DNA of 64,000 nt from Ramazzottius varieornatus (lineage: Eukaryota > Animalia > Tardigrada), in NCBI GenBank assembly GCA_001949185.1, contig BDGG01000002.1, positions 1,257,851 to 1,321,850 on the forward strand. Direction: 5' to 3'. The notes beneath the pieces were generated by a model. The model ran no database searches. It saw only the letters and a program-made list of their open reading frames with translations, and was not told where the DNA came from. Positions 25,367 through 36,953 of this stretch are shown piece by piece. Numbering within the stretch: the stretch's first letter is position 1; every line of letters starts with the position of its first letter. Made by a program: the position numbers and the translations under genes.

Positions 25367-26950
25367 ATGTCCCTCGGCGCAGCTTTGCTCTTCGGCGTGA
25401 TTGCAGTTGTGAACAGCGCTGTCCTGAACAGCGACCCCCAGTATACCCGATGGCCAAATGGAAAGATTCCTTTTTACCTTGCTCCTAACGAATACAGTAT
25501 GGCCGGCAAGATTTGAGATATTCTGCTGCGTATCCTCAATGAAACCTTTAATTTTCTTTTTCAGCTGCAGCGGAACGCACTATGATCGGACAAGCCATGC
25601 AGAAAATGAGCATTGATACCGGCGGCTGTATCCAGTTCGAAGAACTGACTTCACTCCCCGCAGCAGGAACTATGCGATATGTATCCATCTCGAAAGCTGG
25701 AGGAATAGGGTAATGGGATATCCCAATTATTGCTTATCGAAGTAGCTAGCGTAAGACTGGAAGCATGGGCAAATGTTCTCATCCGGGTCGCTATCTAAAA
25801 TGGCGCACGCTCGTGACCCATGCCAATGAAAGCATGCGCCGCTTTAAAAAACGATGTGAATGAATTCGTTTTGTTCAAGCGCCACACGTTCTTTTTGCTA
25901 TTGACCAAAAGCGTGCGCCATTTCGGAATAAGATCCGGATAAGTTTAATTGCCGACGTCCGAAACGAAGACCGTACTATTTTAGCGCACCATCGCCAACT
26001 TGTTATTCCTTCCCCGGAATGGTGGCGCAACAAACCGGCCAAGGTCAAGCCATGTCCATTCAGGGTGGTCAGAGTGGTTGCATGAACAGTCCTCGGCACA
26101 TCATGCGTCTCCTGGCCAGCTTGACTGGGCTCCGCTCTGAACACAACAAGCCGAACCGGGACCAGTTCGTCACAGTCAGCCCGCAGAACGTGGAACCTCG
26201 AGTGCAACCCTTCGTCCCGCTGAACGCGTTCGACCCGAGTAAAGTCATTAGTAACCCCTACGACTTCGACTACAACTCCATCACGATGATCGACCCACTG
26301 CAGTTTAGCGGAAACGGCGCCGCTGTAATTCAGTCAAGAACCCAGACGCCGCTGATCAACAGCGGCACTTTGAGTATGAAGGACTGTCAAGCGATTGCAT
26401 GGTTCTATCAATGCAGCGCCACCTGCCAAGACCGTAAGCTTTTTTCTGCCTTCACCTCTCAACGAGTTCGCAGGAATAAGCTTGATGTTTTCATTTTGCA
26501 GCTTACGGAGCTGGTGGACTTCAAAGCAACACGTACGGCTTGAACAACGTTCAAGGTCCGCTCAATCAATTCGGACTACCAACCAACGGGCAGAATTTGT
26601 TCAACCCGAATCAACAGCAATTCCCCAACCAGCAACAGTTCCCCAGCGGACAGGTACCGTCATCATTCAATCAGCTCGGACAGCCAGTGAATGGTCAGGT
26701 ACCGCAGAACTTATTCAACAACGGCCCGATGTCAAATGGGCAGTTTCCCAATGGCCAAATACCGGTCAACCAGTTCCAGCCGTTTCCGTCTAATCAAAAC
26801 CAGCAACCAATAAATGGCCAGTTCCCGACGAATCAGTTCTCAAATGGGCTCAGTGGGCAACTACAGCCCAATAATCAGCAATTTCCCGGGCAAGTCAATG
26901 GGAACTTCCAGACACAACCCTTCAGTAACAATATTGTACCAAGCGGATAG
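25367..26950 (+). CDS. Secreted astacin-fold protein lacking catalytic residues, with Q/N/P/G-rich tail, paralog 2
   Basis: Exons 25367-25496, 25565-25709, 25985-26433 and 26502-26950, all in phase. Signal peptide MSLGAALLFGVIAVVNS, WPNGKIPF, GCIQF, TCYSFPG, RLLASLTGLRSEHNKPNRD, FDYNSITM, then a low-complexity last exon. Confidence 0.88.
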
Positions 26951-27297
26951 TTGATTACCAGTTTGAGAAGTCGGAAAACAATCACCGCGTAGTTGTTGCG
27001 TTCTCTTCATGGTCATTACCGGAAGATGCATGGACCATTTTGTGCCTGCGAGGCATGATGATGTTTGGTGAAGAGGAAATTTCAGAGCAATGAGTAGAAC
27101 CGGAATTGAACGACATAACAATAATTACAAACTATCGGAGCTGACAGATCGAGCCGTACGAGTGTCCAGGAGTAAACTGGCTTCGAGCGCTAGAAAATTG
27201 GTCGTGACTACGGATACAGACGACTATAGTTTGCATCTCCTCTACGAGTCAGGTGCCTGAACTTTAGCCTTGCTTTCAGCCGTTGAGAAGTTTGAGA

Positions 27298-28800
27298 ATG
27301 AATCGCCTTGGTTTGACCCACAGCATACTTTGTCTAATAGTCGGGGCGAGCGTCGTTAAACCTTCCTGCGCTCAAGTTGAGTTTCTGTTCATTCCTACTG
27401 AGGCCACGTTACACTCCAGCCCGTTGTTCGCAGCAAGTTCGGCCTGGATGACGGTCGCGTTTGACGAGATCCAGCAGCGGTATCCCGATGCGCTCGTCGT
27501 GCGTGTACACAAGAAGGTGGCTATATCACTACAGACTTTTAGTTTTGACAAATGTGTTACCGTAGTACGTAATCAGGGGGTTTGAACTAATTGGCAATAT
27601 CGCAAGAGGTAAGAGCTGAAGCAAATGCACGTAAAGCTTCCGTACCTTGCGTCCGCTAATGTCAGCTTTCGGTCGTTAAGAATTCGACTACCTTGCGGCG
27701 CTCTGGTAAGCGGACTCTTCACCAAAATCTTCTGCTTTGGCTCTTCCTGCACCATCTTGCCGTTTCTAGTATGGCCATGATGAGTTCGATGGAAAACCGA
27801 CAGAGATTTCCTTCCCTCACTTCATTCGCTAAGGCCTCTGTCACTCCATATATGCACAGGCATTGATCATCTTGCTGAACTTCTTCCACTGGAAGTCAAT
27901 TGCTGTCATTTTTGACACGGCATCCGAGAACGCTCGTTCACGGACAAGGGAGTCGTGCCAGCCCGTGCTGGCTGCGCTAAAGAACCCGGCAACCCCAGTA
28001 TCCTATTCATACCTCGAGCTGTCCACCACGTCCTTTGGCAACGTTTCGGAAGCTCTTCTAACCGCACGACGCTTTACCCGAGGTTACAATCATAGTTTGC
28101 TGTTGCACTTGGACAGGAGGATAATGATGCCCTCTTTTGATGACGATCGGTCCTATTCTCGGTTATTCTTGTCTGTTCCCTGGTCAAACCCACAAAGAAA
28201 CTTATGGTATAGTCGGGCGCAGTTCACGGCAAAATACCTACAAGTACCAGCCGTCCATTACATCTATATCTCCCCTGCTTGCTGTGCTTTTTAGGCTGCT
28301 GCGGAAAGTCTGAACATGACAAATGGCGACTTTGTGAGCTGCTTCGAATTTTTTTTCGTTTCAGAAATTTAGAGTCGTGAGCCAGTTATGTTTTTTTTCA
28401 TGCCCAGACATGAATGCTCCCTTCCAATATTATGGGCGATGCGAAAAGCCTCACGCTCCGCGAACAACACAGCGCTCGGTAGCCCTTCGTCTCAACCAGA
28501 CAGCCAACGAGGACATGCTACACAACGATCTCCTTATCAGCTGCTACGAGGCCGCGACAACTATCGGAAAGGTCGACGAGTGGCTGCAACGCATGTTGGA
28601 ACATGAAGCACAGCAAGTGCAAGAATTAACCTCACTGTCAACCTACCGGTAGGTGCTGAATGAGACATTTTCGTCTCGGCGCGATTTGCACCAGCCAGCA
28701 TGCCACAGCGGCAGCCAACTCGCCCAGGCGATGCTTAATCGGACGTTTCATCATGATCAGACTGGTCAAGATATCAAGCTGACGAAAAATTACCTAACAA
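27298..28800 (+). pseudogene. ANF-receptor / receptor guanylyl cyclase-type ligand-binding ectodomain, disrupted
   Basis: Signal peptide, AFDEIQQRYP, NRQRFPSLTSF, frameshift near 27860, LLNFFHWKSIAVIFD, AESLNMTNGDFV, CYEAA, GSQLAQAMLNRTF. No TM, kinase or cyclase domain found; 3' limit uncertain. Confidence 0.7.
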
Positions 28801-29481
28801 TTTAAAAGTATTCTATTTGAGTAAGCTCCGGTTGAGCCTACTCAAAGTCAGAGCAGGTCACTAAAGTTCCTCCATCTATGTCACAGGGTGTCGTGGCCTT
28901 CCATCTGAAGGAAGACGGTTTCTGGTGGAGTCTACCGCTACAGTCGCTGTTTATGCGTCCACCCCGGTAGCCGGAACGGTCGGACTTGGTTACCCGTTTC
29001 TTGATTTGATGGCCCAAGTGTTACCTTGTGGAGTTGAGAGGAGCTATAGTTCTTTTGATTGGATCGTTACTGGGACCAATAAGAGCGTTACGTCACTAGC
29101 TGTACCTCGTACCTCTTGACTGCCCGATACTGCAGACAATAAATAAATAGTGCCGCAGACCGGCCTACATCAACAGCAGTCTTCTAGCGGGTGGTCGACG
29201 ACTTGCCTGGCCTGTGCGAACTCCATGCAAAGAATCTTTTCCAAGAGCTTATGTCGCGACTTTTTATCTCTAAAGACATGTTTAGGAGTGTGTTCAAACT
29301 TTTATAGTCTGTGAAGGTCCAGGAAGAACAGCTCTGGCGGTTTCACAAGCTTCCGCGTTGTCAGCGATCAGTAACGTATGTTTTCTTGAGGCGTAGTCTC
29401 AACTGTGACATTCTGTCAAGTTTCGAATATCGTGGAGTCGACATCAGGTGAAGGATTTCGGATGCGATATTCGAAAGCAGG

Positions 29482-31733
29482 ATGGAGTCAATAGCAAGCC
29501 TGGTCTGTCGCTCATTTTGGTTTGTCTTTTTCACGATGGATATCCACGATATTCGTGGTGCGACCCAGCGTCCTAACATTGCCTTCTTCCTCGCTGATGA
29601 TCTGGTACAGCGAGCTGCAAGCAAGAAGCGATACGACTAAGCGATGTTCGATGCTCCATACTGCACTTTTGCTTTCAGGGACGCACAGACGTTGGATACA
29701 CGGAAGGCAGCAGCCAAACGCCCACTCCTACTATCAGCAAGCTGGCATGGGACGGTGTCATACTTAACCGCTTTTATATCATACGAACCACGTTTGCACA
29801 CCATCGCTGGCAGCCGTCTTGACAGGAAAATTTCCCATACACACAGGTTACGTCTTTGCCTGATCAGGTCTGTCGTAAGTGAGGTGTAGAATGTTGGCCA
29901 TCTTTAGGCTTGTAGAATGCTGTCATCGTCCATGGTCAAGTTATAGCGTTACCCCTACATCACCATATTCAAACGGAATATCTCAAACGGCTTGGCTATC
30001 AGACCTTCCTCGTTGGAAAAGTAAGTCATAGGCAACCTAACTTTAGTTCGAACTATGAGTACAGCAGAACTTATTTCGTTTAGTGGCACCTTGGATCACA
30101 CTCGAGACAGTTCATGCCCCGTAAGTTTGCGTATGCCATGAATACAAACGAATACAATAAAGTGCATCAATATGTTCCTTCCAAGATGCCCGAGGCTTCG
30201 ACCGGTCGTTTGCAACTCTCGGGCCGAGTTGCAATTGGTTTAACTACGAGGAACATGCAGCGTATTTTCCTAAATACAGTATTCATATTTTTTTGATGGA
30301 TTTTACTGATTTCCCAGACCTTTACGAAGGGACGAAGTCTTCGAGAAGACGGGCTACGCGTTCTAGCTAACGACACCAACAAATTTTACCTGCCCGACTT
30401 GTTAACCCTGAAAGCAGAGCAGTACATTCACGACGCCGACCCATCGGTTCCGTTCTACCTTCACTTTGCCACCCCACTTCCACACACAGGCTATGCCAGT
30501 GACGGCACACCCAATTATCAACACACTCTGCCAACCTAACGATTTCGACCGAGCGCCTTCAGCTTTCCAGCGAAATATCCACGACGAAAAGAACAAGTTT
30601 GTGAGCATCCCTCACCACTTGTCAGCTCATCCAGACATGTCGGCTGTACAGTTGTCGTCGTAGCGCTGATAGAAGCAATGGGTGAAGCGTCAAGCGCCTT
30701 ATTAGCGCTTTATCGCACAAAGGTATTATCAACAACACCATTCTCATTTTGGCATCGGACAACGGAGGCGCACCAGCTGAGCTCAATTTCAACCCAGCAG
30801 TCCAAGCCATCAACCACGGTCAAAACTGGCCTTTACGTGCCGAGAAAGGATCATTTTTCGAAGGGGGTGTCCGAGTACCCGCTTTCGTCTGGTCGCCTCT
30901 CTCGAAAAGGCGAGGGCGAATGACAGACCAGTTATTCCATGCGGTGGACTGGTTACCGACTTTGTGGGAAGCTGCTGACGGTGATCCAGCTGAGCTAGTC
31001 AATGCAGGTCTTGATGGCGTCAGCCAGTGGAAATCCATTCAAGGCATCGTACTCATGTCTGGGCACCTTTGTTATTATATTTCCTCTTCCTCGAGAGGTG
31101 TTTGCCTTGAGTCTCTCTGGTATTCCGCAAGTACCACCAGGACTGTAAGCAGGAAGGAAATGTTTCTGAATGTGGATCCCATCTTTGGCGAGTACGCAAT
31201 GATTTATCAGGATCCTCATGGAAAGTTGTACAAAATTATCGGAGGAAATGCTTACAACAACACACTGGGTGCTATAAAATGGTACTTTAAAATTCTCGAA
31301 CGTAATTTAGTAGGTTCGTTGTTTTATGGTGAACGCCTCGTACAGGTTTGCTCCAGAGAACACAAATAGTGGTAAAGACAGAAACTGGCGGAGGAGGACT
31401 GCAGCTTCCGCTAAGTGTAATTACCCGTGGGCCCAAGATATTACACCCTGCGTACCTTGGAAGAAAGACTGTTTTTTTGATCTGATTAACGATCCGTGCG
31501 AACTAAACAACCTTGCCAGTGCCTATCCGGCCATGGTACGTGCCCTTCAGCTGAGGCTTCGACAGTAAAACGCTTCAGCCGTGCCAGCTCAGTTTTCCGA
31601 GTTTGACCCGGCTTCCAGTCCCGACTTATGGGATGGTTGGAACGTGCCGTAGCTCGATCCGCAACCGATAGACGATGGAATCACTACGAACTACGAACCC
31701 CTTCGGGACACGCACACCGAACTGGTTCATTGA
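29482..31733 (+). pseudogene. Arylsulfatase B/I/J-like pseudogene
   Basis: RPNIAFFLADDL, CTPSLAAVLTGK, LGYQTFLVGK|WHLG, SDNGG, NWPLRAEKGSFFEGGVRVP, HAVDWLPTL, FDLINDPCELNNLA; in-frame stops (e.g. TAA 31566-31568) and frameshifts. Confidence 0.9.
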
Positions 31734-31837
31734 AAGCAGACCTTCAGAACTGCGTATTTCTAACCTAATTCCGAGTTACCAATAACGTGGTATGTTCAAT
31801 TTACTATATTACAGTGGTGTATTTCCGAAATTCAAAG

Positions 31838-32643
31838 GGTCGGCAAATTTTTCGGGGCGCATGGTGAGGCTTTGGATGGGCCGTGTTTAGGGGCCAGAAA
31901 TCCGGACACGCCTCTTGCGCGCGCTATTTGACCGAGTCAGTGCGAACCAGAGGTTTTGCTATCCCATTGGCCATGGCAAATGAGCCACAGTGGGCAGGTT
32001 GCGTTTCGGCGAATCTGAATTCTGACTGATCGCTACGTCATCCCATCCGACTGTGTGGTGTACGGTTGATGAGTGGCACTGCCACATTACTACCTTGGTT
32101 CACCGATCAGCTGATCGTGACGTAATGAAATGAACGCGTAGGACCGTAAACTGCCCACTGTAGCTCATGTGCCATGGTCTATGGGTCAGGAAAAACCTCT
32201 GCTGCGAACCGATCGCGCATAAACCGGATGCACAAGTGCCGAAACGCATGCCAGCCCAGTTTCTCATCAACAGACTTTGGTGACAACATCGCCTGCTTGC
32301 TTCCCATCGGTTTTCCGATCAGTATTCCTTTGTTACGTGGCAAACATTTCATCAAAACGCCGTAAACTATAATTTACGGAGTGTTCCAATCGCTTATGTA
32401 AAGTTTGTTGCTTTGATATTCGTCAAAAACAATGGTCTTCGCATACAAAACAGGGTTTCGTCTGACTCACTCTTTGAGTTTCCGTACGGCTGGCATGCGT
32501 TTCGGCACTTGTGCGTCCGGTTTATGCGCGATCGGTTCGCACTGTCTCAATCAGATCGCGCGCTCAAGAGGCGTGTCCGAACTTCGGGCCCGCTGAACAC
32601 GGCTGATCATAGCCTTACCGTGCGCCCAAAAAATTTGACGACC
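31838..32643. mobile_element. Mutator-like/foldback non-autonomous element with long TIRs
   Basis: About 170-bp inverted arms (left arm split by an insertion), GG...CC ends, flanks aaattcaaag / aaatttatag (8/10 TSD). Confidence 0.8.
31948..32201. mobile_element. hAT-like MITE nested in the left arm of the Mutator-like element
   Basis: CAGAGGTTTT...CCATGGC...CAGTGGGCAG mirrored by CTGCCCACTG...GCCATGG...AAAACCTCTG; TSD gtgcgaac / ctgcgaac. Confidence 0.85.
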
Positions 32644-32691
32644 AAATTTATAGGTCGGTGTCCACGTTTCTTGGGTGGATAGTGTACCGTA

Positions 32692-32938
32692 CAGGAGGAG
32701 TAAGCATGTGTGACCCAGTGAGGAAATGTGTGACCCAGTAGTCTCAGACGGCGCATCCATAGAAAAGCATGAGACACTCGTAATTAAAATAAAGCCTATG
32801 ACATAACGAATTACAGTGTTGTCTAACTTACATAAAAAGTGTTTCTGTTAACTTAATGCATACTTGATACATGTCACGCCGTCTGAGACTACTGGGTCAC
32901 ACATTTCCTCACTGGGTCACACATGCTCACTCCTCCTG
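32692..32938. mobile_element. Young TA-flanked MITE with ~62-bp TIRs
   Basis: TA|CAGGAGGAGTAAGCATGTGTGACCCAGTGAGGAAATGTGTGACCCAGTAGTCTCAGACGGCG and its reverse complement (one mismatch) ending CTCCTCCTG|TA. Confidence 0.9.
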
Positions 32939-33227
32939 TACAGGAGTTATTCGGAAGCCGCGAAACTAGCTGTTACTGTATGACTGAGGATACGAAACTG
33001 GTAAAGACCACATTTAGAGATGCGCTGTCGCCCCAGCTTGCACGGTCTTTGCTACTTAGCGAATTAACAGAGTACGTTACGTACGTGATTCCCTTAGCGA
33101 AAAGGCTTGTCCCAACATTTTTATTGTTCGATAATTACTCATCGTGCGCGTGCATTCAAGCTGACAAGGGGGTTGCCTGTCCCGACGTCCCGATAGACGA
33201 GAGTCTCTTCTCTGATCTTACCTAGGA

Positions 33228-33576
33228 AGCTAAATTATCCGACGATCCTGGAATGAACTACAGGACTTGGAAATGAAAGTCCATTGACGGCTCCAGTAAG
33301 CCGCGATGACGTAAAGCTCTTTGATTGTGGGTGTTGTTTGAAAACATTAGGAACATGTCTTTTCCGCGGATCATCAGGGTGACCGAACAGCGTGTGTAAT
33401 CTAGCTGAAGATGCGCCATAAAACACTATCCAGTCCGAATCTGACGGAACAGCTGAACGACTGAGTTGCAATCTGTTCAGTCGAACTCCCAGTCAAAGAG
33501 CTTACATCACTGTAGTACTTAGGTTCGTTACTTCCGAACGCTGTGGTTTATTCCGGGGTCGTCGGATAATATAGCT
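33228..33576. mobile_element. MITE-like inverted-repeat element
   Basis: AGCTAAATTATCCGACGATCCTGGAATGAACTACAG vs CTGTGGTTTATTCCGGGGTCGTCGGATAATATAGCT. Confidence 0.6.
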
Positions 33577-34394
33577 CTGATTCTGCACTTAAGATTCTGC
33601 ACTTAAGAGGAAATTTGAGTTGCTAATGAAGATTCTCTCTAAAGAATTATGACCGACGCCCACCAAACACAGGTTACGGATAGGAACATAAAACCGACGG
33701 CTACAAACACCCAAAGGACGAAAGGCACCTCCATGGATTGTTGACCGATGAACTTTTGGCCATTAAAACCACAGGCAGGATGGTCTTGGGTGCGAACACG
33801 ATTCGTTGATGCATGGCTTGGCCGCGATCTGGACGCTCCCAAGGGCATGGAAGATGTGTTCGTTACGCTATGATACTAGCAAGTGGTACAACTACACCCC
33901 TAGAAAGCCGAGCTCAGTGCATGCACCTACATGCACAACGCGGGTATGAACGGCGATAAGCTTGTATTTATGTGCGTGATAGGAGCAAGTCGCACACGCA
34001 CGCACCGAAACTCGCTCCCTGTAATAAGATGGCCAATGGCAAACACGTTTGGCGCCGAGTCCGCCTTGTGAGTTCTATTGTTAAACAAGATCACATTTTC
34101 AAACCCCCTGAGGCGCAACCACGTAATTAAACTGCGGTCTCCTCGTGGTAACCCGAGCTTGAATTCGGCAGTTCCACAATTTGCCGAGATCATCTGTCAG
34201 TATATTCAAGTTATACCGGCCTTCAGGGAGCAGGGAACCTCTGGTTACGGTATTTGTGCGAGCGGCGATCTGGTTTGACCTTTCATCTTGTCTGTCAGAT
34301 CACTTATGTTAATTATACTTGCAGGGTTTTCCGTTGCTTCACATGGATATGGCCAACCCTGAAAGCTCTTACGTTGGTGGGACGGACTGGAGCT

Positions 34395-36953
34395 TCATAA
34401 CGGGCAAAGTCGGCGGACCCGGACCGCGATATCGGCCTTCCAGTTTCCCAAAGCTTTCCGGACCTAAACGAAAGTTCAAATAACTATCAAAACGTAATTG
34501 AATATATAATTATCAGCCCAGTGAGCCGCTGTCGTTTACAGATTTTCCGGAGGGAAGGAAGTACTAGACACTACCTCGCTGTTCATGTAGGCGTATACCA
34601 CTGGATTACAGCACACGCAGGCTTTAGCCAACAACATCAATGTCACGGCGATGTCTGGCGACAACAGCGCCTCCTTTTGTCCGAAAGTGATGATCAAGGC
34701 TTCAGCCCCGTAGGGAAGCCAAGTGATACAGAAGGTCAAGACCATCACGAAAATCATTCGGATAAGCTTGATGTGCTGCTGCAGCATGCGCTCGTCACCG
34801 TTTGAACGCAAAGTGAGCTGAACCAACCGTAGAAACATTCAAACCTAATCCTGCTGATAAGGTTGTCGAGGATTTTACGCAGTCTGCAAACATTGCTTAC
34901 TTGACGGATAATCTGGAATATCCTGATATACGAATGCAGAATGACGCTTAGCGGTAGGACAAGGCCCAGTGAGAAAACAACGGCGACGTACAGCCGGTCG
35001 GTCCATACTGTCGACTCCCAGTTGATCGAACATGCCGGTAAAGAGTAGACTTCCATTTGATACCTAGAGGTATTCCTGTCTTTGGCTTACACTATCAATC
35101 CACTGATCATTACCTGATAACACTCGCCTTGCTAGACTGCTCCTTTGTTACCTGTCCCATCCAAACAGCGGTGGCGAGGTGATCAAGAAACTAGCGGTCC
35201 ATACTAAAAAGATACACCTTATACATGGTCTGTTTTTTCAGCAGTTTACCTACTGCAGATAACCAAGAATCTGATAGCTAACATAGGTCATCGTCCACCT
35301 ACAGTAAGGAAGACGGGACTTACTAGCTGTGAGGCGCACCAAGATGTGCCATTTGGCTCTCGGAGTTCGGGTGAGCAGACGCAATTTTTGGTGCCATTCG
35401 TAGGATATGACCGCCATGGTCAATATGCAACCGATACCTGAAGTGCGGAAACCCGGATTAGGACTGTATTTAAGCTGAAAAATACACACTCGGTTTTGCT
35501 GCCTTGTGCAACGTGGATTTGCTAATGTGACTTTTCACCATGTTGATTTGTTCCGTTGTTCGGGAGAAATGTATTCATTTCCGCATGATTTCTGTGTTAT
35601 TACTGTACATACCGAGCCAAGCGATGCAGAAGCCGTAGGCAACGCACATTGGGCCGTTGAGGTGGCATTGATCAGATGTCACCATGCAGAAGGCCACACT
35701 GGAGCCTTAATCAAGAACACAATGAATACCGCACAACAGTGGTATTTTCAACCTGTCGCTGCGGTTGCGTTTCATCTACGTTGGCAGGGCTTAAGTACCG
35801 CTTTTTACCTAAGCATCCCAGTCCGCAACTCCCTGAAAACAAACAAACGAAATTTGGGCGGTGTCGTAGTCGAACCATCACAAAGCAGATTTTCGATCTG
35901 TAAGAAACCGATTTTCCAAGTTTTGGAGACTGCAGGGGCAATCTTTCGCTCTCAGCACAGCTAGTGACTACTTTATCACGTGCGTCCTGAAAATCTTATC
36001 CGTAAAGTATGATTTGAATTGATTCAGGAAGAAACATTTGGCGATAGGAAGATGGGCATGTTGAGAGAAAACCCAGTTTTATTCACGTTTTGGCGAAACC
36101 TCGACGCTTCGGCGCATCATGAACAAGCGTTGTAAGAGCTATGATGCGCGAGTTGACCCAGCTTGTCCTGTGTGACTTATAGCATGATGGTGCGCCGATT
36201 AACCGGGGACATCCCCCGGTTCCTGTCAGTTACCCTGTAGGTTTAACGTGGTTATGGTGCCAAGGCCACTTTTTCGATTCAGCCGATTTTCGAGTGAACA
36301 GAGGCCGTACTGTGCTCGATTTCCTGGCTGTATCACTTTTCTACATCATCAACTTTGCAAGTCGTGAACTGTTACGACAAAGAGGGTTATGATGGTGCAT
36401 TACTACGTGGTACGCCGATAAAAAAGAAGAAACTGAGAAAACCTGGTTCCGTGATCCCGTGGACAAGGGGCCAACCTGATTGTGACAAGAGGGAGAATCT
36501 CTTCCAGCCAGCTTGTTATTCCTGGATCTCTTCCACGACTGAAATTTGTTCCACTGATAGAAACAGCTCTTGTCCATCTTTTGATGTCGGATCAAACCAG
36601 GGGATCTGACCTCCTAAGGGTTCGACCATGACGCGCCTCACTTCACTTTTCCACACCTACTGCTTTAAATTTGCTGTTAGAGTTCATGAGGGCGCGATGC
36701 AACAATTACCTGCATGCAAGACGAACAAGGTGGCGTGGAAGGTTGATAAATATAGCTTGGAGCGGATAATAACAGCGCAGATGAGACCGTTGCCGAATAA
36801 GGTCACGATGGAAATGAGCAGTAAAGTGACCGACATCAGAGTGTAACGGGTACCATGGGGTTTATATGCCAACTTGATGTTCTCCCAGGTGACACCATTT
36901 GCCAAACTTTGGGTACTACCATTCATCCACCCGTCGGACTCAACGATGTCCAT
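34395..36953 (-). pseudogene. Ciliary-type (pteropsin-like) opsin, apparently disrupted
   Basis: TM1 TLFGNGLI, TM3 MCVAYGFCIAWLG|IGCILTMAVISYEWH, TM4 VWTASFLITSPPLFGW, ECL2 YQMEVYSLPACSINW, TM5 LGLVLPLSVILHSY, TM6 FCITWLPYG, TM7 LLAKACVCCNPVVYAYMN with the retinal Lys (codon 34623-34625). I could not splice TM2 or the TM4 exon without a frameshift. Opsin identity is strong; pseudogene status is less certain. Confidence 0.8.

Noticed and set aside
29482-31733. Horizontal transfer origin of the sulfatase
   Set aside because: It has multiple spliceosomal introns and animal ARSB-like motifs; no evidence of bacterial origin.
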